This document shows, one piece after another, positions 7,901 to 17,109 of a DNA stretch of 45,262 nucleotides. A model generated the notes under the pieces. The model was not told where the DNA came from and did not search any database. It saw only the letters and a program-made list of their open reading frames with translations. The position numbers were made by a program, and so were the translations under genes. Numbering within the stretch: the first letter of the stretch is position 1; the number at the start of each line of letters is the position of its first letter. The stretch spans positions 1 through 45,262 of the forward strand of contig JANLSU010000033.1 in NCBI GenBank assembly GCA_031362565.1, read 5' to 3'. The stretch comes from a bacterium (GTDB lineage Bacteria; Krumholzibacteriota; Krumholzibacteriia; G020349025).

Positions 7901-9229
7901 TCAACGAATCAACGTGACCTTCTGCGCAAATGAGCGCGTCCCCGCCTGCGCCCGCAGGAAGTAGACGCCCGACGGCAGCCGCCGGCCGTTGTCGCCCCGT
8001 CCATCCCAGGTGACCCCGTGCGCACCCGCCGGACGCATTGCCTGCGCGAGGCGCGCCACAACCAGCCCGCGCAAGTCGTACACGGAAATATCCACGTTGG
8101 ACGGCGTCTCGAGGCGGTACTGCAGCGTACTGGTACCGCGTAGCGGTGTGCGCAGCGGCGTCACCCACGCCGACGAGGCCGCGGCGTCGGGGACATCCAC
8201 CGGCATGCAGGGAGCTCCGGTGCACAGTCCGGTCTTGGTGGCGATGTTGCGCCAGTCGTACGCGTGTACGGCACGATCGTCGTGCGCCGCGAACAGGACT
8301 CCCTGTGGGAAATTCGGCAACGGCGTTTGCACGAGCACAATCCCGTCGGTGGCTTCCGCTGACCCTGAGAAATTCCTCAGGAAATGGAAGTCTTGGCGAT
8401 CGAACACTTCCCATTCGACCGGCGACGCCATTTGGTCGGTTACGATCACATACCCGGTGCCGTTGCCGGTGTCGTAGATCGCCATGCCTTCGGTGTCTTC
8501 GACGAAATGCCCGGCGCCGAAGCGATTGATCAACGTCCCTTGGAGATTGAACACCATGACGTCCGAGGCGTTCTCGTCGCAGACAAGAGCCCGCGCGTTG
8601 ACGGCGTCTACCATGATCGTTTCCAAGATCGCGCCCGCCGGAACCGCAAACGTGAGAGACTGGGTGCCAACGACGCCCTGCGGACCGGGGCCGACGTCGA
8701 ACACATAGACCTTTTGTATTGCGGGACCCGTGTCGGTGATCCAAATCCGCAGTTGCGGGCCGTCCCACTGCAACGCGATGCCCATCGGCTTATCCAAGAC
8801 AGCGCTACCGATGGATCCGAGATAGAAGCCGAACGGCATTGCGAAGACCGACACGCGGTGATTGTCGCGTTCGACGACGAACGCAACGTCCTTGAGCCCG
8901 CCGCCGGTCTGTACTCCGTAGGCTACCGACACGGCGTTCGGCCGGGCGAGGTATCCTGGAGTGGAACCAGTCCCACCCAGGCGTCCCAGGTACACGTTGT
9001 TGATCGCATCGTGAATCTCGATGAAGTTCTGCGTCTTGTCCGTCACGAGCAGGTAGGTGGACTGCGGATTCGGCGCGATCCAAACCGCCGGCGAGTCCAG
9101 GTCACCGTGGCCGCCCGGTGGGACAGTGGTTTCGTAGGACAGCGGGACTGAGACCGCGAGTGCTGGGATCAAACTGGCACTGCGGAGACGGCGCCCCAAA
9201 CGAGCAATGGAATTCGACGCGAACAGCAT
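7901..9229 (-). CDS. Beta-propeller phytase-like protein with C-terminal FlgD-Ig domain
   Basis: DSPAVW...LLVTDK, DTEGMAIY..GNGTGYVIVTDQ, TDGIVLVQTPLPNFPQG motifs. C-terminus VYDLRGLVVARL...WDGRGDNGRRLPSGVYFLR. Confidence 0.75.
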   Translation of the reverse strand: MLFASNSIARLGRRLRSASLIPALAVSVPLSYETTVPPGGHGDLDSPAVWIAPNPQSTYLLVTDKTQNFIEIHDAINNVYLGRLGGTGSTPGYLARPNAVSVAYGVQTGGGLKDVAFVVERDNHRVSVFAMPFGFYLGSIGSAVLDKPMGIALQWDGPQLRIWITDTGPAIQKVYVFDVGPGPQGVVGTQSLTFAVPAGAILETIMVDAVNARALVCDENASDVMVFNLQGTLINRFGAGHFVEDTEGMAIYDTGNGTGYVIVTDQMASPVEWEVFDRQDFHFLRNFSGSAEATDGIVLVQTPLPNFPQGVLFAAHDDRAVHAYDWRNIATKTGLCTGAPCMPVDVPDAAASSAWVTPLRTPLRGTSTLQYRLETPSNVDISVYDLRGLVVARLAQAMRPAGAHGVTWDGRGDNGRRLPSGVYFLRAQAGTRSFAQKVTLIR

Positions 9230-9512
9230 CGCGCTTCTCCAAGAAAAGGATGTGGGGGGGCGCCGACCGGCCCGGCGCACGCAGATGCCGCGCCCGAACC
9301 GGAGTCCATCATACCACGAACAGCGCGGGATGTTCAGCGCCCAAGAGTCAGCTTGCGCGTCGCGCGAGCGGACCAAGCGGCCGCGAATGCCCGTTCCCCG
9401 CGCCTGACCGCGGATCGCAACTCTGTTTGCTCACCGCCCGAGCCCATCGCTATACTGTGCGCCCGGCGCGCGGCGCTACGGCGCGCAGGTCGATTTCTCG
9501 GAAGGAGCACCT

Positions 9513-9893
9513 GTGCGAAGATTTCTGATTGCAGCAGTAGTTGCCGGTTGCCTGCCCGCTTCCAGTGCTTGCGCCGCCCGAATCTTCGGCGATATCCGCC
9601 TGGACGGGAAACCGGTTCCTGAAGGCCTGCTGATCATGGTGACGCGGGTCGTAGCGCCGCCCGCAGGCGACGCGAAAAACAAGCTCGAGGCCACCCCCGG
9701 GCCGACCGACTCGACGGTCACCGACAAGGTGGGGTCGTACAAAGTGACGGTCAAGGACGAGGGCAAGTGCAAACTCACCCTCGTGTACGAGAAGAAGCCG
9801 GTGTCGCTCGAAGTGTTCTCGTACGCGGAGGCAACCCGCTACGACCTGATTCTCGAGAAGAAAGCCGACAAACTGACGTTGCGGCGGAAGTGA
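9513..9893 (+). CDS. Small secreted hypothetical protein
   Basis: AAGGAG RBS, GTG start, signal peptide, high-GC3 codon usage. Confidence 0.7.
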   Translation: MRRFLIAAVVAGCLPASSACAARIFGDIRLDGKPVPEGLLIMVTRVVAPPAGDAKNKLEATPGPTDSTVTDKVGSYKVTVKDEGKCKLTLVYEKKPVSLEVFSYAEATRYDLILEKKADKLTLRRK

Positions 9894-9894
9894 C

Positions 9895-10788
9895 GTGGAG
9901 CCCGCCCATCGGAAGGATTCTTGGGACCGGCTGCAGATTGTCCTGCAACCGCTCGGCGGCTTACTGACGGCCGGGGCGATCGCCATCTTCGGCTTCGTGA
10001 CGTCGAGCAAACTCGATCAGCGGCAGACGCTCGAAAACAATACCCGGCTGTACTCGGAGCTGATGAGCCGGCGGGAGGAATCAGAGAGCGCCCTGCGCAA
10101 GGACATGTTCGTCTCGATCATCAGCTCGTTCTTGAATCACGGCGGCTCGGACCTGAACTCCGACGTGCTCAATCTCGAATTGCTCGCCTACAACTTTCAT
10201 GAGTCGCTCAACTTGAAGCCGCTTTTCCTGGACCTCAAGCGGCGGATCAGCAAGGACATTGCGACCGCGAAAACGCCCGAGACACGCACCGAGGATCAAG
10301 ACTACCTGGCGCGGCTCGAGCGGGTGTCGCGCGAGATCACCCGCAAACAGATGATCGTTCTCGAAGGCGTGGGGAGAAAGTTCGACCGCACCGTCGATCT
10401 GAGCGGCGACCCTGAAGGCACCTCGCTCGATGCCGCGACAATGACGCTCGATTCGGTGCAAACCACGTTCGGGATCGACGTCTTGCAGGTGGACCGCGCC
10501 AACCGCGAGATCAAGCTGGCGCTCAATATCGAAACCCCGGACCCCGAACAGGGCCGGCAGACCAAGGTCGCGACCTTTGTGGTCAGCTACTTCGACTTCC
10601 CGATGATCGACAACGTCCGGCTGGTGCGCGGCCAGCGCTGTGCGGTCGTTCTCAACAACTTCTCCGATCAATCGGCCGATCTGACCGTCGTGCTCTTCCC
10701 GGGCGCATACGCGAGCCTCAAGGAAAAGCCGTACTACAACGAGGTCATCGAGAACGTCTTGAGCGCGAGCAAGAGGCTGTCACGTTAA
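9895..10788 (+). CDS. Hypothetical protein with single N-terminal TM segment
   Basis: KDSWDRLQIVLQPLGGLLTAGAIAIFGF TM followed by a helical and then a beta-rich region; 1 nt after the upstream stop. Confidence 0.75.
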   Translation: MEPAHRKDSWDRLQIVLQPLGGLLTAGAIAIFGFVTSSKLDQRQTLENNTRLYSELMSRREESESALRKDMFVSIISSFLNHGGSDLNSDVLNLELLAYNFHESLNLKPLFLDLKRRISKDIATAKTPETRTEDQDYLARLERVSREITRKQMIVLEGVGRKFDRTVDLSGDPEGTSLDAATMTLDSVQTTFGIDVLQVDRANREIKLALNIETPDPEQGRQTKVATFVVSYFDFPMIDNVRLVRGQRCAVVLNNFSDQSADLTVVLFPGAYASLKEKPYYNEVIENVLSASKRLSR

Positions 10789-10931
10789 CTCGGCTCGCGG
10801 CCGTGGCTTTCCCTGGCCCAAGTGCGCGAGCGGTACGCGATCCCGCCCCGGTAGGGCGGTGCGATCGCACGGCGAGGTTGCCGGCGAATGGGCCCGAGTG
10901 TTATCGTCATGTTGCTCCACTGGAGAACAAT

Positions 10932-12953
10932 GTGTTCGGCATCATCGAGTCGCTTCGGCGGGGTCGGCGTCACCGGCCACCCCTGGCGTCGCGCGGGTCC
11001 AGTCTGGTTCTCCTCTCAATCCTCGCGCTCGGGACTGGGCCGGCGGCTGCGGTCGGCAGCCAGATGTTCGCGACCGTCCCAGCGAGCACGGGAGAAAAGC
11101 CCCAGTCGAAGCTCTGGTACCACGACGGATCCTATTGGGCGATTCTGCAGGGGCCGAGCGGCGTCGCGTTCTACGAGAAGGTCGCTAGCACCTGGCAGCT
11201 CAAGACGTTCGCCAACGCGATCCTGGCGTCCACCGGCAATGCCGACGTGAAGTGGAACGGCACGAATCTCTTCGTGCTGAACTACGCGAACCCGCCCCGA
11301 CTCTTCAAGTACAGCTATAACCCCGCCACCCGCGCCTGGGTCCTGATTGCGGGCTTCCCGGTGACCGTCCCGAATCCGACCAATTCCGAGACCATGGTGT
11401 TGGAGCAAGACTCGACGGGACGCCTGTGGACCACCGCCGAGGGTGGCGGCAACATCAACGTGTACTATTCGACGAGCGCCGACCACCTCACTTGGACGAC
11501 GACTCCGGTCGTCCTGCAAACCGGCGTCAACGCCGACGACATCTGCTCCATTGTCGCTTTCGGCCTTCACGGGTGCCGTGTTAGCAACAGGTTCGTATTG
11601 TTACCAGGTGACGGCGATCAACGTTCAAGGACTGAAAGGCGCGCCGTCGGCAACGGCTTGCGTGACCGTGCTGCCGCCGATCCCGGCGCCACCGCAGGGG
11701 CTCGTGGCGCAGCTCGTCGCAGTCCCTGGTGCGCCGCTGCCAGGTGCGGCGGCGTATACTTGCGACGCCGGCTCGGGCCAGTCGATCGCCGACGTCCTCG
11801 GCAACACTCACACAGGCCAGCTCGGAATTTCCGCAAGCGTCGACCCACTCGACCCTCATTGGGCGGCGGGACTCTTCGGCACGTGCCTGCGCTTCGACCC
11901 CATCGGCACGCGCGCCTCGGTTCCCGATGCAGCGGACCTGCGCTTCGTGGCGAGTTTCACTCTGGAGGCGTGGATCGCCCGGGATGTTGCGAACGGGACC
12001 CGATGCATCGTGGCCAAGGGACTCGAGGGATCGCTCAACTACGCGCTCGTGGTGGAGGCGAGCGGCGTGTTGCGACTACGCTGGCATGAGCCGGATGGCG
12101 CCGAACATGGCACCACGTCCGCGTCCACCGTTCCAACCGGTGACTGGCACCACATCGCGGCAGTTCACGATGCCGTGGCGCACGAAAGCCGCGTCTATAT
12201 CGGTGGAGCGCTCGTCGGTTCGGCACCGGATAGTGGCGTGCCGGCGACCGACGCTGCGCCGCTCGTGATCGGCGCGCTACAGACTGCGGGTGGCTACAGA
12301 CTGCGGGTGGCTACACACAGCACTTCGGCGGCTCGATCGATCTCGTGCGAGTTGCGCCTGCCGCTCTGTACTCGGGTGAGTTCTCGCCACCGCAATCGTT
12401 CGACGCGCCATCCGGCCACCGCGTGGACCTTACTTGGACGCCGGCCCCGGGCGCGATTGTCGCGGGATACAACGTCTACCGGCAGGTCAACGGCAGTTCA
12501 CCGGTTCTTTTGAACAATGCGCTCGTCGCCAACGCGCTGTTCACCGACTCGACGCCTCCCAACAGCGCACCCTGCTACAGCGTTGCGACGGTCGACACCC
12601 TGGGGCGCGAAAGCGCCAGGACGGCGCCGCAGTGCATCCAAGTGCAACCGACCGACACCGCAATCGCGCCGTTGACCCCCGACTTCGGGCTCGCAGCGTC
12701 GCCCAACCCGTTCAATCCGATGACGACCCTGGTGTTCGACCTACCGGCTCCGGCACACGCGCGAATCGTCGTGTACGACGCCCGCGGCCGGCGCGTGGCG
12801 ACGCTGCTCGATGCGGAGCGCGCCCGCGGACAGCACCGCGTGCGCTGGCACGGGCTGACGGATGGTGGCATCGCGGCGCCGTCCGGGGCGTATTTCGCTG
12901 TCTTGTTTGCTGGCAACGCCCGCGCCCAGTGCCGGTTGGTGCTGCTCAAATAG
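10932..12953 (+). pseudogene. Disrupted secreted multidomain protein (TGEKPQSKLW domain, Fn3, LamG-like, Fn3, FlgD-Ig)
   Basis: Three track ORFs (10803, 11443, 12345) form one domain string. An abrupt out-of-frame junction lies near 11563 and a 17-bp tandem duplication at 12276-12309. GGAG RBS before GTG 10932. Confidence 0.8.
12276..12309. repeat. 17-bp tandem duplication GCTACAGACTGCGGGTG x2
   Basis: Directly visible; followed by a partial third copy GCTACA. Confidence 0.95.
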
Positions 12954-13102
12954 GGCCGCGGACGCTGGGCGACGATCGCAATCGGCGCCCGACGGTCTCT
13001 TTTCAAACGAGGACACCGCGCGGCGCCTTGGTCGCTTGGAGCCGGCGCATGCGCTATGGTGCGAGCAGCGCATTTGGGCTTCGATCGAATCCGGAGGGGT
13101 CG

Positions 13103-13882
13103 ATGATGAAGCACCGCTTTTTGATCGGGCTCCACGTCGCGCTGGCCACGACGTGGGCTTGCGTGTCCGTCTCACACGCGGTCGAAATCATGGTCTACGG
13201 CGCCGTCAGCTTGACCGAAGCGTTGCGCGAGAATGCCGCCGCTTACACCAAGGCCACCGGCGACCAAATCATTTTCAACTTGGGTGCCTCGAGCATGCTG
13301 GGACTGCAGATTCAGGCGGGCGCGCCGGCCGATGTCTTCTTTTCGGCCGATGAGGCGACGATGGACAAGCTCGAGAAGAAGGGCCTGCTGCGGCCGGGAA
13401 CTCGGCGCAGTGTGCTCTCCAACACGCTAGCAGTCGTCGTCGAAGCCGGGAGCGCTCTCGAGCTGCAGGCCACACAGGACCTCGCGCGTCCCGGAATCCG
13501 GCACCTGGCGATTGCGGAGCCCACGACCGTACCGGCCGGGGTCTACGCCAAGCAGTATCTGAAGGACGCGGGGCTCTGGAACGCCGTGATCGACAAGGTT
13601 GTACCCACCGAGAATGTCCGCGCGGCACTGGCGGCCGTCGAGTCGGGAAGCTGCGAAGCCGGCATCGTCTACCGGACCGACGCCCTGATCTCGAAGCGGG
13701 TGCAAATCGCCTTCGAAGTGCCGCGCGAACAGGGTCCGAGCATCTCGTATCCGATCGCGATTCCGACTGCCGCCAAGCAACCGGACGCGGCGCGGCGATT
13801 CCTCGCGTTTCTCGCCTCGGACGCCGCACGCCAGGCCTTCGTCGCGCACGGCTTCTTGGTCTTGGACGCTCCAAAGCCCTGA
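13103..13882 (+). CDS. modA: Molybdate ABC transporter substrate-binding protein
   Basis: GAVSLTEAL, GASSMLGLQIQAGAPADVFFSAD, VPAGVYAKQ, NVRAALAAVESG, GIVYRTDA; GGAGG RBS. Confidence 0.9.
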   Translation: MMKHRFLIGLHVALATTWACVSVSHAVEIMVYGAVSLTEALRENAAAYTKATGDQIIFNLGASSMLGLQIQAGAPADVFFSADEATMDKLEKKGLLRPGTRRSVLSNTLAVVVEAGSALELQATQDLARPGIRHLAIAEPTTVPAGVYAKQYLKDAGLWNAVIDKVVPTENVRAALAAVESGSCEAGIVYRTDALISKRVQIAFEVPREQGPSISYPIAIPTAAKQPDAARRFLAFLASDAARQAFVAHGFLVLDAPKP

Positions 13883-13917
13883 CAGGAGAACGCGTCGCGC
13901 CCGCCGCTCGTACCAGC

Positions 13918-14997
13918 CTAGCCGTGCGTCCAGTCCGTCCACGCCATATTCTTGCCCGAGCTGACGCGACCGCCGTTCCAAAGCGACGTGTGATAGACGT
14001 GGTCGATGAGCGGCACCATCCATGTGTCGTCCCCACCCGCCGGGTAGTCCGCCATGGCGTACAGCCAACCAAACGCACGAAGCAGCGCCTTGTCGGACCA
14101 GTTCCACACGTCGTAACCGGCGCGCGACAAGATCACGGCTTGGACGGTGGCGCCTTGGAGCGCCTCGTAGACGTAGTTCTCTTTTGGCGGCGGCCAGAGG
14201 AAGTCGCCCGAACGCCGCTGATCGTCGGGAAGGACGCCGTCGATGGGGTGCCCGAACTTCGATGCACCGCTCGGATTGATTCCAACCGGGTGCGCGCCGT
14301 CGCTTTGCCAAGACACACTTGCGTATTGAAAACCCGCATACGACGCGCGGTCGCCGAGCCAGCCGTGGAATATTTTAGCGGTGCGCTCTAACTCCACACG
14401 ATCTCCCAAGTACGCAGCGACGGCGGCGCGGCTGGCGCCGGCATGCGTCCCCCAATTGTTGGGGCGCTTTTCGTGTGTCGATCGCAACGACGCGCCGTCC
14501 AGATTCTCGCTCAGGCATGCGCGCAGCCAAGTGCGGAAGATCTGATCCTCGCTGGGCTCCAGGCCCACAAGATCGGCAGCGATCACATAGGCGGCAAGTT
14601 CACGCCCGAGCGCCAAGGTGCGGCCCCCGACTTCCGTGCCGATCGCCGCCATGCACTGGGCGCGCACTTCGTCGCGATATCCCGCCTGCCCAGTACGAGC
14701 GTAAACCAGTGCCTTCGCCAACACGTTGACGTTGTTCTCCTGGTCCTGGTCTTTGAGATTCGGAACCCCCGCCGGGGCATCGGCGTGCTGCTTCAACCGC
14801 TTCCAAGCAGGGCCGGACATCGGCAGGGCCGCGAGTTCATCGGGTGAGATCCAAATACCTTTTGAAGCCGCCGGTTTCCCGGCGTGCGCTTCCAATCGGA
14901 GCGTGGAGCCTTCGACTACTTGCTCCGGCACACCAGTCAAACGGTCGCAACCGCAATACGCCAGCGCAGCCACGGCTACGACGATGACTCGCCTCAC
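13918..14997 (-). CDS. Alginate lyase family (alpha/alpha-toroid) protein, probably exported
   Basis: Signal/lipobox-like N-terminus; AAYVIAADL and NNWGTHAGASRAAVAAYLGD motifs. Confidence 0.6.
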   Translation of the reverse strand: MRRVIVVAVAALAYCGCDRLTGVPEQVVEGSTLRLEAHAGKPAASKGIWISPDELAALPMSGPAWKRLKQHADAPAGVPNLKDQDQENNVNVLAKALVYARTGQAGYRDEVRAQCMAAIGTEVGGRTLALGRELAAYVIAADLVGLEPSEDQIFRTWLRACLSENLDGASLRSTHEKRPNNWGTHAGASRAAVAAYLGDRVELERTAKIFHGWLGDRASYAGFQYASVSWQSDGAHPVGINPSGASKFGHPIDGVLPDDQRRSGDFLWPPPKENYVYEALQGATVQAVILSRAGYDVWNWSDKALLRAFGWLYAMADYPAGGDDTWMVPLIDHVYHTSLWNGGRVSSGKNMAWTDWTHG

Positions 14998-15382
14998 GGA
15001 GTCGCCTCCCTCTCGATGAAATCAGGTCGAAAAGACCGCGCCCGTCACCAAGGTGAAGCGGTTTGATCGGGGTACCGCTCGACGGCGCAGCAATCGCGGC
15101 GGAAGGTTCGGCAAGCCCTTCAGCCTTGGTCGAAAGTAAAGCGAAGGCGTTGACTACGCAATCGTAATGCGCCACTTCGAAGATTCTCGCGGGAGTGGAA
15201 TCGACTACCGGCTATCCGCCGGTTTTGCGCCACAATTCGCGCGATACAGTGTGTCAAATATTTGACGCGCCATCTCCGGCGAAGCGATCCGGCCGGTTGG
15301 CGGGAGACGCGCGGGTTCGCGCCAAAGCGGTGCGGCGGCATATCTCTTGCCCTGCCCGTGTTCCGGAGGTAGTCTTCTGCCC

Positions 15383-15718
15383 ATGAGCCGTGTCCTTTGG
15401 TTCCTCATGGTCCTCGTGGCGCTGATGATGGCGCCGGCCCTCTGCCAGAGCGGCGTGCTGGCGCACGATTGCGCTTGTACTGCCGGCGTGTCGGATTGCG
15501 GTCACGAGGCCGCGTGCTCCGAAGATCCATGCGGATGGCCTGCGACTGTGAGTTTCCGCGCGGCTCCCCAGACGCCCGCGCCGGTTGTTGCGCGGATGCC
15601 ACTGTTCTTTGCCCCACAAGCCATGGCCCGCCCGGCTCACCTCGTGAACCAGCGCGCCGATCGCTTCGACCTCGTCCGTCGCGACGTCGAAGCGGCGACG
15701 ATCGTTCTCCTCGTCTGA
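15383..15718 (+). CDS. Small exported Cys/His-rich protein heading the czc operon (CzcI/DUF2946-like position)
   Basis: MSRVLWFLMVLVALMMAPALC...HDCAC...CGHEAACSEDPC; preceded by TTGCCC-N17-TAGTCT. Confidence 0.6.
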   Translation: MSRVLWFLMVLVALMMAPALCQSGVLAHDCACTAGVSDCGHEAACSEDPCGWPATVSFRAAPQTPAPVVARMPLFFAPQAMARPAHLVNQRADRFDLVRRDVEAATIVLLV

Positions 15719-15813
15719 TTTCCTAGTACCACATTCGCAGTTGCCCTCGGTCTCGTTGGCTTTCGCCATGCGAGCCAGGCAGCGTATTTCCTTTCTAGAC
15801 AAGGAACGAATCG

Positions 15814-17109
15814 ATGGCGCGACGATTTCAGCAACTGTTTTGCGTGCTGCTGGTGGCCGGAACATCGGCCGGAACCGGGATCCTTGCGTACGCGCAATCA
15901 CCATCCGAAGCAATGGCAAACCCCATCGCAGAGCCGGAGCGTCCGACCCTTCGAGTCGCTCTCGCACTCGCCTTGGCAGGTAATCCGTCGCTTCTGTCCT
16001 GGCCCTGGGAACTTCGGGCCCTGGAAGCGGATTCACGGCAAGCCTCGCGCCGGCCGAATCCACAGGCTGAAGCCTTGGTCGAGAACATTGCCACCGACGC
16101 TCTCGAGAGCACCCTCCAGATCTCGCAGCTCGTGGAACTCGGGGGCAAACGAGCCCGGCGCGTGGCGCTGGCTCGAGCCGAGCACGCTGTAGCGGCTTGG
16201 GAGTTTGAAGCCGCCCGGGCGGACGTCATCACGTTCACCGCACAGCGGTTCGTCGAGGCGCTCGCCGCTCAAGAGCGTGTTGCCATTCACCGAGAGATCG
16301 CTCGGGTCGCACAGGAAAGCTTTGCGGCCGTTTCGGCCCGCGTGCGTGCCGGCGGCGCCTCGTCGGTAGAAGAAACTCGCGCGGATTTGGCGCTCGAGAC
16401 GGCCCGCGTCGAGCTCGCGTCGATGGAACGGGAGCACGCGATCGCTTGCCGGCTTCTCGCCGGCGCTTGGGGCAACGACACACCACGATTCAGTGCGGTC
16501 GCCGGCAATCTTGCGTTGGTCACCGTTCCAATGCCAACCGACTCGCTCCTCGCGAAGATCGATCGCAATCCAGATGTCGCCCGATGGGCCGCCGAGATTT
16601 CACAGCGTGAGACCACCCGGGCCGCGGCACGCGGGTTGCGAGTACCCAATGTCACCTTGGACGCCGGCGTTCGAAGGCTGAGCGCCACCAACGAGACCGG
16701 ATTCCTCATCGGGGCAGGAATCCCGGTGCCGATCTTCGACCGGGGCCAGGACGCGGTGATTGCTGCCGAGCGTCGGATTCAGAGCGTCACCACGCGGCGC
16801 CAGTCGGCGCGAGTGGAAACAGCCGTGCGACTCGGCATCGCGCACGAGGAAATGGCATCGGGGCTCGCCGAGTACCGCCAGCTGGAAGACTTCCTCCTTC
16901 CGAAGGCACGGAGCGCTCACGAGGCCGCACATTCTGCCTATCGCACCGGCCTGCTTCGCCTGACCGATGTACTTGACGTACAGCGGGCTTTTTTCGACGT
17001 GCGGATGCGCACCGTCGATGCCCTCGTTCGATACCACACTGCGGAGTTCGAGATCGAGCGCCTGACGGGTTCGCCTGTCTCCGCGTCGAACACCAAGGAG
17101 CAAGAATGA
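15814..17109 (+). CDS. czcC: TolC-family outer membrane factor, CzcC-like
   Basis: QASRRPNP, SQLVELGGKRARR, IPVPIFDRGQ, YRTG...LTDVLDVQR; first gene of a CBA operon. Confidence 0.85.
   Translation: MARRFQQLFCVLLVAGTSAGTGILAYAQSPSEAMANPIAEPERPTLRVALALALAGNPSLLSWPWELRALEADSRQASRRPNPQAEALVENIATDALESTLQISQLVELGGKRARRVALARAEHAVAAWEFEAARADVITFTAQRFVEALAAQERVAIHREIARVAQESFAAVSARVRAGGASSVEETRADLALETARVELASMEREHAIACRLLAGAWGNDTPRFSAVAGNLALVTVPMPTDSLLAKIDRNPDVARWAAEISQRETTRAAARGLRVPNVTLDAGVRRLSATNETGFLIGAGIPVPIFDRGQDAVIAAERRIQSVTTRRQSARVETAVRLGIAHEEMASGLAEYRQLEDFLLPKARSAHEAAHSAYRTGLLRLTDVLDVQRAFFDVRMRTVDALVRYHTAEFEIERLTGSPVSASNTKEQE

Noticed and set aside
6816..8768. 650-aa minus-strand ORF spanning two genes
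   Set aside because: Arg-rich alternate-frame read-through typical of high-GC DNA.
12434..13102. Long N-terminal extension on modA
   Set aside because: It overlaps the upstream gene out of frame. A GGAGG RBS and signal peptide mark the start at 13103.
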